Position numbers and translations under genes: made by a program
NCBI GenBank assembly: GCA_029856045.1
Contig: JAHQWG010000028.1
Coordinates: forward strand, 64,001 to 128,000
DNA: 64,000 bases
DNA from: Promethearchaeia archaeon
GTDB lineage: Archaea; Asgardarchaeota; Lokiarchaeia; Sigyniarchaeales; SOKP01
Reading direction: 5' to 3'
Part shown: in pieces, positions 41,515 to 52,377 of the stretch
How positions within the stretch are numbered: position 1 is the stretch's first letter
How the letters are laid out: each line of letters starts with the position of its first letter
The notes under the pieces: generated by a model
Told to the model about the DNA's origin: nothing
Seen by the model: only the letters and a program-made list of their open reading frames with translations
Database searches by the model: none

Positions 41515-42927
41515 TTATAAATTTTTAAGTTTTTCTTCATGCAATTTTGTCAATTTTATTCGATTTTCTGCTAATTGTTTTCCTTTGATGGGATAGAAAT
41601 ATAATCCAATGGCACCGATCAATAGAACAATACATGGAAAAATTCCTATTAAAAATCGAAGACCTGTTATTACATCAGCTCCTGGGTTCGGTGTGTAAGT
41701 TGACCATTCAGTGCCTGAAAATACCAAGCCAATTACTGCAAAATTAATGACCGCCGATAACCTGATAAGGAAATTGATGATTCCATAATAAATACCGGCT
41801 CGTCGTGTTCCATGCTTGATTTCATCTTCATCAATGATCTCCGCAAGACATTGGTCATAGAAATAAATAGTTGCACCCAATCCGACACCGGTGAATATCA
41901 TCACAATGAGACCCACAATATAATCTGGTGTTAACATGTAAATCAACATACACAATCCCCAAACTATCATTCCTATCATTCCAACTATGCGAGCGCCTTT
42001 TTTTTTACGCAATTTTTCCCAAAAAGGAATACTAAAAAAAGCTACTATAAAAGCCGCAAGCAAAACTAATCCTATTAGTTCTGAATCTAGCACTCCATGT
42101 ACGTGTGTCTCAAATAGAGGAATTAATGTAGGTAATAGATTAACACAGATCCAATAAGTAAGTCCAGGGATGAGAAATACTAGAAATGACTTATTTTTAA
42201 ATGTAAATTTCATTGTGTTTATAAAAGACGGTGCGGTTTCAGCATCTTTTACAAATATTTTAGGTTCTCGAAGACCCCATTTCACTGCGATGAAAAGAAA
42301 AACAACAACTATAATTGCAATAATGATTCCTGTAAGTTGATATTGACCCAATGTATCAGGAAGACCCAATTTATTTGCCATATCTTCAATAATAAGTGTA
42401 GGCATAACAAAAGCAAAGATTAATGCAATAAGAACGAACATTACACGGGTTCGCCCTACTTCACTCCTTTCTTTCATAGAAACGAACATTTCCGAAAAAA
42501 TTGCATTATAATTTAAATTAAATGCCGTGTAAACCGAGTCAAATATAATAAGTATAATCAATAAATAAATAAGATTGACTACATCGGAGTTAGCATAGAT
42601 AGGGGGTGTAAAAAGTAAAATCATTATAATCGCTAGTGGAATAATAGCACCGACCATCCATGGAGTTCTGCGTCCCCACTTAGATTGTGTCCGATCAGAA
42701 AGATAACCAATGAGCGGATCATTAATACTATTCCATATACTCCAAAGGATAAAAGCTAGACTAATCCATAGAACTGGCAATCCAATCACAGTGAAATAGA
42801 AAAGAAAAATCAAAAATGAAAAACTCTGGTAGGCAACATTATCTCCAACTTCAGCAAGAGAGTAAGCCAATTTCATACGAGAATCTTTTCGAGGTTTCAC
42901 TTCGTTCTTAGAGTTCATTTCGTTCAT
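41515..42927 (-). CDS. MFS transporter, GPH (MelB-like) family
   Basis: WNSINDPLIGYLSDRT..WGRR.PW, EIIDEDE...RRAGIYYG. Confidence 0.9.
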   Translation of the reverse strand: MNEMNSKNEVKPRKDSRMKLAYSLAEVGDNVAYQSFSFLIFLFYFTVIGLPVLWISLAFILWSIWNSINDPLIGYLSDRTQSKWGRRTPWMVGAIIPLAIIMILLFTPPIYANSDVVNLIYLLIILIIFDSVYTAFNLNYNAIFSEMFVSMKERSEVGRTRVMFVLIALIFAFVMPTLIIEDMANKLGLPDTLGQYQLTGIIIAIIVVVFLFIAVKWGLREPKIFVKDAETAPSFINTMKFTFKNKSFLVFLIPGLTYWICVNLLPTLIPLFETHVHGVLDSELIGLVLLAAFIVAFFSIPFWEKLRKKKGARIVGMIGMIVWGLCMLIYMLTPDYIVGLIVMIFTGVGLGATIYFYDQCLAEIIDEDEIKHGTRRAGIYYGIINFLIRLSAVINFAVIGLVFSGTEWSTYTPNPGADVITGLRFLIGIFPCIVLLIGAIGLYFYPIKGKQLAENRIKLTKLHEEKLKNL

Positions 42928-43086
42928 TTTTTTAACCTTTTTTTTTATAAATATTTTGAATCATAATGATTAAATTTTAAAAATTAATTATATTTTAACT
43001 CTTTGATTAATATCAATATAAATATTTGCTAAAAAAAGAGACTATATAAGATCCAGAAACGAAAAAATAGAAAAAATAAATAATAT

Positions 43087-44295
43087 TTAAGTAATTTTTT
43101 TCTCTTTTAAGAAGAATGCTAGAATGGATATAACAATGAGCAATATGGATTGTATTATCAAAACAAGAAAATAATCACCGTTGAGCAATTTCAAACCTTC
43201 GAAACCGAGGATAAAAATAACTCCTCCTATTTGTCCAAACATTAATAAAAATCCGTTTGAACTTGCTTCTGAAACGGGGCTTGTAATATCTATAGCGTAT
43301 TCTAAAGCAACTGGTGCAGCGGAGATTAAACCGAATCCAAAAAGAAAACCGAAGAGATATAATAAATTTTCATCATATGCAAATAAAATAATGAATAGAG
43401 AAATAGTTGCAATTATACACGATAAAATTATTAGAATTTCTCGTTTCTTGAATTTATCTGATAAAATAGACATTACTAAACATCCAATGATGCCACCTAT
43501 TAAAATTATACTTCTAAATATACCTGTAAATATGGCATCATAACCTCTAGGTACAAAAATTTTTTCTATATATATCGTTATTGTATGAGAGACGCCAAGT
43601 CCAATGAGAAAAACGATAACTAATATTAGAAATTTTTTATTTGTAAATAGTTTTTTAAGACCTGCAAAAATAAATACCTTTTCTTCTGAAATTTCTTTTG
43701 AAGGTGGACTAGGAGGTTTATCTTTCACAAAAATTATGAAAAGTAAACCTGATATTAAGGCTATTACCCCATAAATCGATAGCATGGCTTGGAAACTAAT
43801 GTCTTCGACAATAAATGGTGTTATAAAAAAGCCTAAAGCGATGCCAAGGAACTGTGAAATTAATGAAATCCCAGTTGCAGTTGTGCGTTCTGATTCTGGA
43901 AACCAGTTTGCAGATAATTTGGTAACACTATTTAACATAAAAGGCTGACCAATTGCAATTCCTATTTGAAATATTAAAACAAGCATAAAATCACCCATTG
44001 TAAAGATACGTAAAAACCCAAAGATTGCTGCAAGTAATGCTCCAAGTCCAGCTCCGATTTTAAAGCCAAATTTATCAATCACCCATGATGCGAGAAATGT
44101 AACTGGGATATAGACAACCATAAATGTCATTGACAATAAATAAATTGATAATTCATCGACGCCATAAAATGTCATTGCAGAAGAGGTTACAGCTGCAAAA
44201 CTTATCCAGAGAATTTGAATTACTATGTTTGAGAACATAAATAATAACAGAATAGTCCAACGCATTAAGTATATTTGTACTTCTTTATAAGTCAT
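43087..44295 (-). CDS. MFS transporter (FLVCR/SLC49-like)
   Basis: RWTILL, WISFA, IGQPF, WFPESERTTAT, PPSPPS, LSDKFKKR. Confidence 0.85.
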   Translation of the reverse strand: MTYKEVQIYLMRWTILLLFMFSNIVIQILWISFAAVTSSAMTFYGVDELSIYLLSMTFMVVYIPVTFLASWVIDKFGFKIGAGLGALLAAIFGFLRIFTMGDFMLVLIFQIGIAIGQPFMLNSVTKLSANWFPESERTTATGISLISQFLGIALGFFITPFIVEDISFQAMLSIYGVIALISGLLFIIFVKDKPPSPPSKEISEEKVFIFAGLKKLFTNKKFLILVIVFLIGLGVSHTITIYIEKIFVPRGYDAIFTGIFRSIILIGGIIGCLVMSILSDKFKKREILIILSCIIATISLFIILFAYDENLLYLFGFLFGFGLISAAPVALEYAIDITSPVSEASSNGFLLMFGQIGGVIFILGFEGLKLLNGDYFLVLIIQSILLIVISILAFFLKEKKIT

Positions 44296-44594
44296 AATTT
44301 TTCATCAATTTAATGGATATAATTATATTTTTTAAATTAAATTATATTTAAATTAACAATATATTTAATGTTGTAAATAAATTTTTATTAAAAACAAATT
44401 CTGAATTACCTTGAAGTTAAAAATTAAAGATCCAAAAAACCCAATATCTAAAAGGTTTTGAGATAATTATTTCTAAGGGAGAAATTGAAAAAAGAGATTA
44501 CGAGAAATTAATATTTCTAAAATTCAAAACTGAGGGTATTCATACAATCAAAATCATAAAAAAAGCCTGAATAAAAAAATTCTTTTTATTTTTT

Positions 44595-45335
44595 CTATTT
44601 CCCCAATCGGCGAGTTCTTCTTAGGTATTCTCTAATATCTTTTATCAGCATTTCCTCATTATAATCAGGCCAAAAATCGTCGCGAAATCTAAACTCTGCG
44701 TATGAAGCATCCCACAATAAAAATCCTGAAATTCTTTTGCCATCTTTCATTCCTGTCCGGATAATGTAATCTAATTCGGGAAAATCTTTAGTGTATAAAT
44801 AATTTTTAATTAAATCAATATTTACATCCTTTGGGTCTATCTTATCCTCCAAGATTGATTTTACTGCGTCGATTATCTCTAATCTCCCATCATACATTAT
44901 GCATATATTCAAAAATTTTTGGTCGTGGTCTTTTGTCTTTTCAATAAGTTCATTAATTTTTTTTCTTACATCAAGTGGCAATAGTGATAATCTACCGATT
45001 ACATTTATTCGAACTTTCTCTTCTTTTATAACCGGATCGTTGCTGATAATATCAATTACATTAATAATCAAACCATAAATATACTGAAGTTCTTGGGGAC
45101 TTCGTTTTTTAACGTTTTCATTTGATAATGCAAAGATGCTTAAATATTTAATACCCAGATCTAACAAGCTAAATAATATTTTCCTTAAAGTTTCATACCC
45201 TGCCAAGTGTCCCAAATTAACATTAAGATTTCTTTTTTTTGCCCATCGGCGATTTCCATCAAGAATAAGTCCAATATGTCTGGGTAATTTGCCCTTTGCT
45301 TCTTTTTTCAATTTTTCCAAGCTGTTTGCCACCAA
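44595..45335 (-). CDS. uppS: cis-prenyltransferase (polyprenyl diphosphate synthase)
   Basis: PRHIGLILDGNRRWA, GHLAG, FALSNEN, IIRTG, RISGFLLW. Confidence 0.95.
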   Translation of the reverse strand: MVANSLEKLKKEAKGKLPRHIGLILDGNRRWAKKRNLNVNLGHLAGYETLRKILFSLLDLGIKYLSIFALSNENVKKRSPQELQYIYGLIINVIDIISNDPVIKEEKVRINVIGRLSLLPLDVRKKINELIEKTKDHDQKFLNICIMYDGRLEIIDAVKSILEDKIDPKDVNIDLIKNYLYTKDFPELDYIIRTGMKDGKRISGFLLWDASYAEFRFRDDFWPDYNEEMLIKDIREYLRRTRRLGK

Positions 45336-45615
45336 GATATAATAAATAAATTATACTAAAAAATTTTAATATCTTTTCTAAATGGATACAGTAATCAATT
45401 AATCGAATTTTGATTTAAAATTTAACTTTTTAACATTATTAATAATATGAACAGTTTAAATTATTAAAATTAAGAGAATTTTTAAAATAGATGTTATCCT
45501 TAAGAAAAACAATTATTAAAATCATGTTTTATTTTAATAAATAATTGTTTATATATTTCACATTTTTTTTCGAAGAAAAAAAGAAATTAAACAATAAAGA
45601 AGTGAGAAGATTTCT

Positions 45616-47259
45616 ATGAAGAATGGTAAAATTCAGTTTAGCGATATAGGAATCGACTCTATTGGTTTTTATGCACCAAGATTTTGCTTAGATTTAAAAG
45701 ATCTTGCAATTTTACGGAAAGTTGATCCAAATAAATATAAAAAGGGATTGCTTTTAAAAGAGATGAGATTCCCTGAAATTGGTGAAGATATTGTATCAAT
45801 GGGTTTAAAAGCCGCTCATAATGCTTTAATTAGGGGTCGTATTGAGCCAAAAAATATTGATGCCGTATTTGTTGGAACTGAAACAATAACTTATGCTGTT
45901 AAATCAGTTTCAAATATACTTGCTCAATTATTAGGGATTTCAATAAATTCTTTAACTCAAGATGTATATAATGCTTGTGCTGCAGCTACACTTGCTATAC
46001 TTAATGCAATTGCTTTAATCGAAAAAGATGTAATTAAAAGAGCATTAGTAATTGGAGCCGATGTGTCTTCCTACAATTTAGGTAGTCCTGGAGAGCCCAC
46101 ACAAGGAGCAGGTGCAGTTGCTTTAGTTTTATCCAAAAATCCACGAATTGCGACCTTTAGTAAGAAATTTGGAAAAATTTCAGGAAATGTTAATGATTTT
46201 TATAGACCTGTTAATAAAGAAGTTCCAACTGTATTTGGACGATATTCTGTTGATTCTTATCTTAATTTTCAATTGGGAGCATTTGATGATTTAACCAAGA
46301 ATATTGGTGATTTTTATGCGGACTACTATGTATTTCACGCTCCTTATTCGAAACTCGCATTAAAATGTATGCAACAAATAATTCTTAAGCGGTGGACTGC
46401 GAAAATACGTGACGTATTAAAAGTTGAACCTAATCATATAAGAGCTTCAATAGCTCGAAAAATTAATGACTTTTTCCAAAATATAAGCATTATTCCTGAA
46501 TTTATTTCCGTTAAATTGAAAGATAAAGGTTTTGCATTAACCCAGTTAGACCATCTCAAAAATTGGGTGCTTGCAAATATCAAAAATAGAGTAATACCTC
46601 AATTAAGGGTTCCTCAACATTTTGGGAATATGTATAGTGCCTCAGTATGGGCTCAAATATTATATATTTTTGAGAATTTTTCTCGTGTGAATGATACAAT
46701 TTATTTTGGATCCTATGGTTCAGGAGCAACTTGTATTACTGGTTTGTTAAAAGTTCAACCAAGATTTCATAGTGTTGTTAAAAGAAAACCACAAATAAAT
46801 GATTATTTTAAGATAAAGGAACTTAAAAGTGCTGAAGAATACGAGCAAATAAAGCAAGGTCTATTAACTCCACGTATTAGCTTGGGACATATAGAGGAAT
46901 ATCAAAAAAATAAAGCAAAAGGTTTTACACTGCATTTTTGTGATGAAGGATGTATAATTCCACACATGGAGGGATTAAATTATTGTCCTAAAGGGCATTC
47001 TGGTTTTTATACGAAGTTTTTCCCACTATTTGCGGTGTTAATTTCTGATCCGATAGATGCAAATGGAAATAACCTTAGGTTTCTAAAAGAGGATTTAGTA
47101 AGAATTCAAGGTTACCCAAAAATCGGAAATCTTTTAGAATGTGAGATGCGCCGTGTTGAAAGTACATTTGAAGATCAATCATTAAGTAGTGGATTGTTAA
47201 ACTGGACCCCTACTTATATTCCTTTAGATAAATCAGTTTATCATTACATTCAGCCTTAG
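45616..47259 (+). CDS. mvaS: HMG-CoA synthase with C-terminal DUF35-like (Zn ribbon/OB) extension
   Basis: VGTET, NACAAAT (catalytic Cys), EPTQGAGAVA, FHAPY, GNMYSAS, SYGSG; about 130 additional C-terminal residues. Confidence 0.9.
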   Translation: MKNGKIQFSDIGIDSIGFYAPRFCLDLKDLAILRKVDPNKYKKGLLLKEMRFPEIGEDIVSMGLKAAHNALIRGRIEPKNIDAVFVGTETITYAVKSVSNILAQLLGISINSLTQDVYNACAAATLAILNAIALIEKDVIKRALVIGADVSSYNLGSPGEPTQGAGAVALVLSKNPRIATFSKKFGKISGNVNDFYRPVNKEVPTVFGRYSVDSYLNFQLGAFDDLTKNIGDFYADYYVFHAPYSKLALKCMQQIILKRWTAKIRDVLKVEPNHIRASIARKINDFFQNISIIPEFISVKLKDKGFALTQLDHLKNWVLANIKNRVIPQLRVPQHFGNMYSASVWAQILYIFENFSRVNDTIYFGSYGSGATCITGLLKVQPRFHSVVKRKPQINDYFKIKELKSAEEYEQIKQGLLTPRISLGHIEEYQKNKAKGFTLHFCDEGCIIPHMEGLNYCPKGHSGFYTKFFPLFAVLISDPIDANGNNLRFLKEDLVRIQGYPKIGNLLECEMRRVESTFEDQSLSSGLLNWTPTYIPLDKSVYHYIQP

Positions 47260-47264
47260 GGTCA

Positions 47265-48473
47265 ATGATGTTTAAAAATGTTCCCAAATCTATTGCAAAT
47301 CAATTAAAAAACGACCATAATGAGATTTTAAACTATCTAATTAAAAGGAATTATAATATTCATTCTCTCCCTACAAACAGAAAGGCAATATCTAAAGAGG
47401 GAGAAGCATATACACTGGCATATCCTATTCAAGGAGTACTTAAATATCATGGGTTAGTAAGTAAAGAACACCGAATCTCTTATTTTCCCAGTGTTTCTTT
47501 TAATAATAATGCAGGTTTTACAGTCACTTATTTAAAATTTGATAAGCAATTAAAAGAAGATATTGCAATTTTAAATGGAGAAAAATTATCAAACAATAAT
47601 TTAAAGAGAATTGTAATTTCTTTAGATCTAATTAGAGAATATTCAAAAATTAAGGTAAAAGCTTTATTAATTTCAAGTAATTTTTTAAATTCTTCGCATA
47701 AATTGTTAACTGGTAAAGGATTAGGAACATCTGCTTCTGGATCTGCAGCTCTTGCTTTAGCTGCAATTTCGGTATTATATAACAATGAATCAGAATATAT
47801 TGAAAATAATCGATTAATTAGCTTATTTTCTAGATATTTAGCTGGATCTGGAACACGTAGTGCCGCAGGAGGATTCGCACTTTGGTTGAGTCATCCTACA
47901 ATAGATCCATTTGACTGTTTTGCAATCCGCCTTGATAGAGAAGAACACAAAAAATTTGTTAATAAAATTTCCCTTATAACTATTCCAATCAATTCTGATT
48001 TAAAAACCGAACAGGTTCATAAGATTGCCCCAAAATCGCCTTTTTTTCCTTCTTGGTTAAAAGAACGGAAAAGAAAGGTTTTTGATTTCTTTTACGCATT
48101 AGATAATTGTGATTTGAATAAAATTGGAGAATTAGCGGAATATGATACAATGTGTTTGCATTTAATAACAATGACTGCCCAACAAAAACAAAATATTATT
48201 GCTTGGAAACCAGATACTCTAGCGATTATGCTTCGAGTTCAAGAACTACGTGCATCCGGTTATAATGTATATTTTTCAATCGATACGGGTCCTTCAGTGG
48301 TATTATTAACATATAAAAATGAAAAAAATAGTTTAATTAATAATTTAAAAGATTTAAATCCAAATTTTGACATTATTGAGGGACAAATTGGAGGAGCAAG
48401 TAAGTTAATTCATGCTAATTCTCCCAATGCTCAACTGCTAAAAGAAGATATAAATAAATTTAATATTTCTTAA
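47265..48473 (+). CDS. mvaD: Phosphomevalonate decarboxylase (GHMP family, haloarchaeal/Chloroflexi type)
   Basis: AYPIQGVLKYHG (PMD-type, versus NIALIKYWG in diphospho-MVA decarboxylases), GLGTSASGSAALA, RSAAGG, SIDTGPSV. Confidence 0.8.
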   Translation: MMFKNVPKSIANQLKNDHNEILNYLIKRNYNIHSLPTNRKAISKEGEAYTLAYPIQGVLKYHGLVSKEHRISYFPSVSFNNNAGFTVTYLKFDKQLKEDIAILNGEKLSNNNLKRIVISLDLIREYSKIKVKALLISSNFLNSSHKLLTGKGLGTSASGSAALALAAISVLYNNESEYIENNRLISLFSRYLAGSGTRSAAGGFALWLSHPTIDPFDCFAIRLDREEHKKFVNKISLITIPINSDLKTEQVHKIAPKSPFFPSWLKERKRKVFDFFYALDNCDLNKIGELAEYDTMCLHLITMTAQQKQNIIAWKPDTLAIMLRVQELRASGYNVYFSIDTGPSVVLLTYKNEKNSLINNLKDLNPNFDIIEGQIGGASKLIHANSPNAQLLKEDINKFNIS

Positions 48474-48490
48474 ATTATATATGTAAAATA

Positions 48491-49771
48491 ATGAATGATA
48501 TCAACTCTAATATTCCTGGATTTTATAAATTATCAATTGATGAACGTCAACAAGTAATAACTAAACTTGTTAATCTTAATACAGAAGATCTTAAGTTGTT
48601 AAAAAATTATGGATATATTTCTCCTTCTCAACTAGATACATTAATAGAAAACGTTATAGGAAGCTTTCACTTACCACTTGGTATTGCCTGTAATTTTAAA
48701 ATTAATAATAAAGATTACATAATACCAATGGTTATTGAAGAACCATCTGTTGTGGCTGCAGCTTCAAACGCTGCAAAAATTGCGAGAAAATTAGGTGGTT
48801 TCTATTCTGAAAAAGTCAAGTCAATTATGTTTTCTCAGATACAAATCACGAATATAAAAGATATTAAAACTGCAAAAGACAATATTCAAAAAAATAAGGA
48901 AACTATCCTAAAAATTGCAAATGAACAGGATCCCTTGTTAGTAAGTTTAAATGGTGGAGCAATTGATCTTGAAATTCGGGAAATATCAACAAGAAAAGGA
49001 CCCATGTTAATTATCCATTTATTAGTTAACGTTTTGGATGCAATGGGCGCAAATGTCGTAAATACCATGGCAGAAGCGGTGGCTCCATATTTAGAAGATA
49101 TTTGTAATGGTCATATTTATTTACGAATTTTATCTAACTTAGCGATACATCGTCTTGCAAGGTGTAGAGCTGTTTTTGATAAAGAGTTATTAGGTGGAGA
49201 TAAGGTAGTTGAGGGAATAATAAATGCTTATGAATTTGCACTCGCTGATCCTTTCAGAGCAACAACGCATAATAAAGGTATAATGAACGGAATTATAGCT
49301 TTAACAATGGCTACAGGAAATGATACCCGCGCTATTGAAGCTGGGGCTCATGCATTTGCGGCATTAAGTGGAAATTATTCTCCTTTGACAAAATTTCAAG
49401 TTGATTCAGATGGAAACTTAGTTGGAGAAATAGAATTACCTCTTGCTCTTGGCATTATAGGGGGTATGACTAAAATACATCCAATGGCGCGGTTAGCGTT
49501 AAAGATTTTGGATATTAAAAGTGCTAATGAGCTTTCTCAAGTAGCTGCGGCTCTTGGCTTGGCTCAAAATGTAGCTGCTCTAAGGGCTTTGGCTTCAGAG
49601 GGAATTCAGAAAGGACATATGTCCCTACATTCGAGAAATATTGCAAAACTGGCGGGTGTACCTGAAGAATTAATAGAAAAAGTTGCACAAAAGTTAGTGG
49701 AAGATAAAAAAATTAGAGTTGATTATGCGAAAGAAATATTGCAAAAAATAATTGATGGTGAAAACCTTTAG
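48491..49771 (+). CDS. mvaA: HMG-CoA reductase, class II
   Basis: IENVIG, EEPSVVAAAS, DAMGAN, THNKGIMNG, GNDTRA, GIQKGHMSLH. Confidence 0.95.
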   Translation: MNDINSNIPGFYKLSIDERQQVITKLVNLNTEDLKLLKNYGYISPSQLDTLIENVIGSFHLPLGIACNFKINNKDYIIPMVIEEPSVVAAASNAAKIARKLGGFYSEKVKSIMFSQIQITNIKDIKTAKDNIQKNKETILKIANEQDPLLVSLNGGAIDLEIREISTRKGPMLIIHLLVNVLDAMGANVVNTMAEAVAPYLEDICNGHIYLRILSNLAIHRLARCRAVFDKELLGGDKVVEGIINAYEFALADPFRATTHNKGIMNGIIALTMATGNDTRAIEAGAHAFAALSGNYSPLTKFQVDSDGNLVGEIELPLALGIIGGMTKIHPMARLALKILDIKSANELSQVAAALGLAQNVAALRALASEGIQKGHMSLHSRNIAKLAGVPEELIEKVAQKLVEDKKIRVDYAKEILQKIIDGENL

Positions 49772-49862
49772 TTTTTAAAATTTGTTAATTTAACTTTTCT
49801 AAAAAAAGATAATAATGTAAATAATTGTATTATTAAAAATAAGTCTTAGATGATTGAAATTT

Positions 49863-51164
49863 ATGGGATTTAGAGAATATATAAATCAAATTGATGAGAA
49901 AGGCCTTCTTCGAAAGGTGGACATTGAAGTATCTAAGAAATTAGAGATCTCTGGAATTTTAAAAGAGATTGAACCAACCCCAGTAATGTTTAATAATATT
50001 AAAGGATCGGAATTTCGCGTGATTGGAAATTTATTCTGTACTAAGAATGTAATTGCTTCATATTTCGACGTATCTCCGGCAGATCTCATACCAATGCTTT
50101 CTAAAGCGATAACTGAACGCTCAGAACCAGAGATCGTGTCAAACGCCCCTTGTCAAGAGATAATAGAATCAAGCGTAGATTTAGATAAATTACCAATTTT
50201 ATTCCATTGCGAAAAGGACGGCGGAAATTACATTAGTTCCGCAGTTGTTATCACTAGAGATCCTGATTATGGACAAAACCTGGACTTTCATAGAGCCATG
50301 CAGTTTTCCAAAGATAAATTTGCTACTCGAATAGTTAGAGGTCGTCATTTTCATAAATTTTTAGAAAAAAATGGTGAACTAGAAGTCGCTTTTTGTATTG
50401 GAAATAGCCCTAACATTCTTATTGCAGGAGCAACTTCTGTGGATATTGGAGTTGATGAATTGCATATTGCAAATGCATTAGAATCAATAAAAGTTGTTAA
50501 AGCAAATTCAGTTGATCTTTTAATTCCTGCAGAAGCTGAATTTGTTTTAGAAGGAAGGGTCTATATGGAAGAAAACCATGCTGAGGGTCCCTTTGTCGAT
50601 TTGACAGAAACCTATGATGTTATAAGAGAAGAACCTATTTTTGAAGTTAAAAAAATCACACATAGAAAAGATGCGATTTGGCAAGCCTTATTACCGGGGG
50701 CGCTTGAACATAAAATATTAATGGGTATGCCAAGAGAACCAACGATTTTTAATAAAGTGAATGAAACAGGAGTTAAATGCTTAGATGTTAATATAAATCC
50801 TGGGGGATGCTCCTGGTTACATGCAATTGTGCAAATTGATAAAAAATCAGAAGAAGATGGAAAAAAAGCTATTAATGGTGCTTTTACTGGCCATACTAGT
50901 TGTAAACACGTGTTTATTGTAGATAAAGATATTGATATTTATAATCCATTATCTGTGGAATGGGCAATGGCAACTCGCTTTCAAGGTGATATTAGAATGA
51001 TTATTAAAGATAAAGAACCAGGAAGTAGTTTAGATCCTAGCGCAGAGCCAGGTACAAAAATGACAACTAAAATTGGATTTGATTTAACAAAACCACTTGT
51101 AGTTAAAGGAAAGAGCTTTGATATAGCGGATTTCCCAAAAGTAGACTTGAACAAATATTTTTAA
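49863..51164 (+). CDS. UbiD-family decarboxylase, probable trans-anhydromevalonate-5-phosphate decarboxylase
   Basis: EFVLEG, EGPFVD, EHKILMGMPREP, GGCSWLH, VDKDID, GSSLDPS; context next to AcnX in an MVA operon. ATG 49863, or TTG 49854. Confidence 0.85.
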   Translation: MGFREYINQIDEKGLLRKVDIEVSKKLEISGILKEIEPTPVMFNNIKGSEFRVIGNLFCTKNVIASYFDVSPADLIPMLSKAITERSEPEIVSNAPCQEIIESSVDLDKLPILFHCEKDGGNYISSAVVITRDPDYGQNLDFHRAMQFSKDKFATRIVRGRHFHKFLEKNGELEVAFCIGNSPNILIAGATSVDIGVDELHIANALESIKVVKANSVDLLIPAEAEFVLEGRVYMEENHAEGPFVDLTETYDVIREEPIFEVKKITHRKDAIWQALLPGALEHKILMGMPREPTIFNKVNETGVKCLDVNINPGGCSWLHAIVQIDKKSEEDGKKAINGAFTGHTSCKHVFIVDKDIDIYNPLSVEWAMATRFQGDIRMIIKDKEPGSSLDPSAEPGTKMTTKIGFDLTKPLVVKGKSFDIADFPKVDLNKYF

Positions 51165-51177
51165 TATAGAGGAGTCG

Positions 51178-52377
51178 ATGAGATTGAAATTAACATCAGA
51201 AGAAAAAGAGATGTTGGAAGGTAAGCAAGGAAGATCTGCTCAAAAATCCATGGAGATATTAACCACATTAGGTGAAATATTTGATGCAGAATGTATGATT
51301 GAGGTTTATAGCGTGCAAATAGCAGGAGTTTCCTATGCAAATTTAGGGGAAGCAGGTCTAGAATTTTTAAATGAGATGGCAGAAGATGGAAAGGTTAGGG
51401 TTTTAACAACTTTAAATCCAGCTGGAATGGACCGAGAAAATTGGCAAGCTTTAGGAATTGAAGAAGAATTTGCTATTAATCAAAACCGTGCTATAGATGC
51501 TTTTGCAAAAATGGGTATAATTACAACATGTTCTTGTACACCATATTTAATAGGAAATGTACCTCACTTTGGTCAGCATATTGCTTGGGCTGAGAGTAGT
51601 GCTGTCTGCTATTCAAATTCTGTCATTGGTGCTCGAACAAATCGTGAAGGTGGTCCGAGTGCGCTAGCTGCTGCTTTAACTGGAAAAACACCAAAATATG
51701 GTTATCATCTAGACAAAAATCGTCATGGACAGGTCTTATTTGAAGTTAAGGTTCCAGTGAAAGGTACAGATGAATTTGGCGTGTTAGGAAAAATAATTGG
51801 GGATAAATTGGTTGAATTAGGAAAGAAAATACCTTATATTACTGGAATTTCTTCAGCAACAGTTGAGGAACTTAAGTCATTTTGCGCTTCAGTGGCTACT
51901 TATGGAGGTACAGCATTATTTCATATGGAAGGCATAACCCCAGAATATAATATGTATCCTAAGCCAAAAGATGATATTTTTGAAATTAATCAGGATAACC
52001 TTAATAAAACTCGGTCTGATCTTATTGATGATGATATTGAAATTGATTTCGTTAGTATTGGGTGTCCTCACGCTTCAATTCACGAAATAGCAACAATTGC
52101 AAGTTTATTGAAAGGTAATAAAGTAAATAAAGAATTTTGGATTACTACTGCTCGACCTACAAAAAGAATTGCAGATGAAGCTGGCTATTCTAAAATTATT
52201 GAGGATGCTGGGGCCAAATTCGCTTCAGATACATGTTGTGTTGTAGCTCCTATTAAAGGTCGCTTTAAAGGAATTATGGTAGATTCAGCTAAAGCGTGTT
52301 ATTATGGCCGTGCAAAGAATAAATTTAAAGTAAAAATTGGCTCAATCGAAAAATGTGTTGAGGAGGCGGTAAAATGA
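51178..52377 (+). CDS. Aconitase X catalytic subunit, probable phosphomevalonate dehydratase large subunit
   Basis: GVSY, TTLNPAG, CSCTPY, WAESSA, GARTNREG, IGCPH, DTCCVVAP, SAKACYY; preceded by GGAG. Confidence 0.9.
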   Translation: MRLKLTSEEKEMLEGKQGRSAQKSMEILTTLGEIFDAECMIEVYSVQIAGVSYANLGEAGLEFLNEMAEDGKVRVLTTLNPAGMDRENWQALGIEEEFAINQNRAIDAFAKMGIITTCSCTPYLIGNVPHFGQHIAWAESSAVCYSNSVIGARTNREGGPSALAAALTGKTPKYGYHLDKNRHGQVLFEVKVPVKGTDEFGVLGKIIGDKLVELGKKIPYITGISSATVEELKSFCASVATYGGTALFHMEGITPEYNMYPKPKDDIFEINQDNLNKTRSDLIDDDIEIDFVSIGCPHASIHEIATIASLLKGNKVNKEFWITTARPTKRIADEAGYSKIIEDAGAKFASDTCCVVAPIKGRFKGIMVDSAKACYYGRAKNKFKVKIGSIEKCVEEAVK

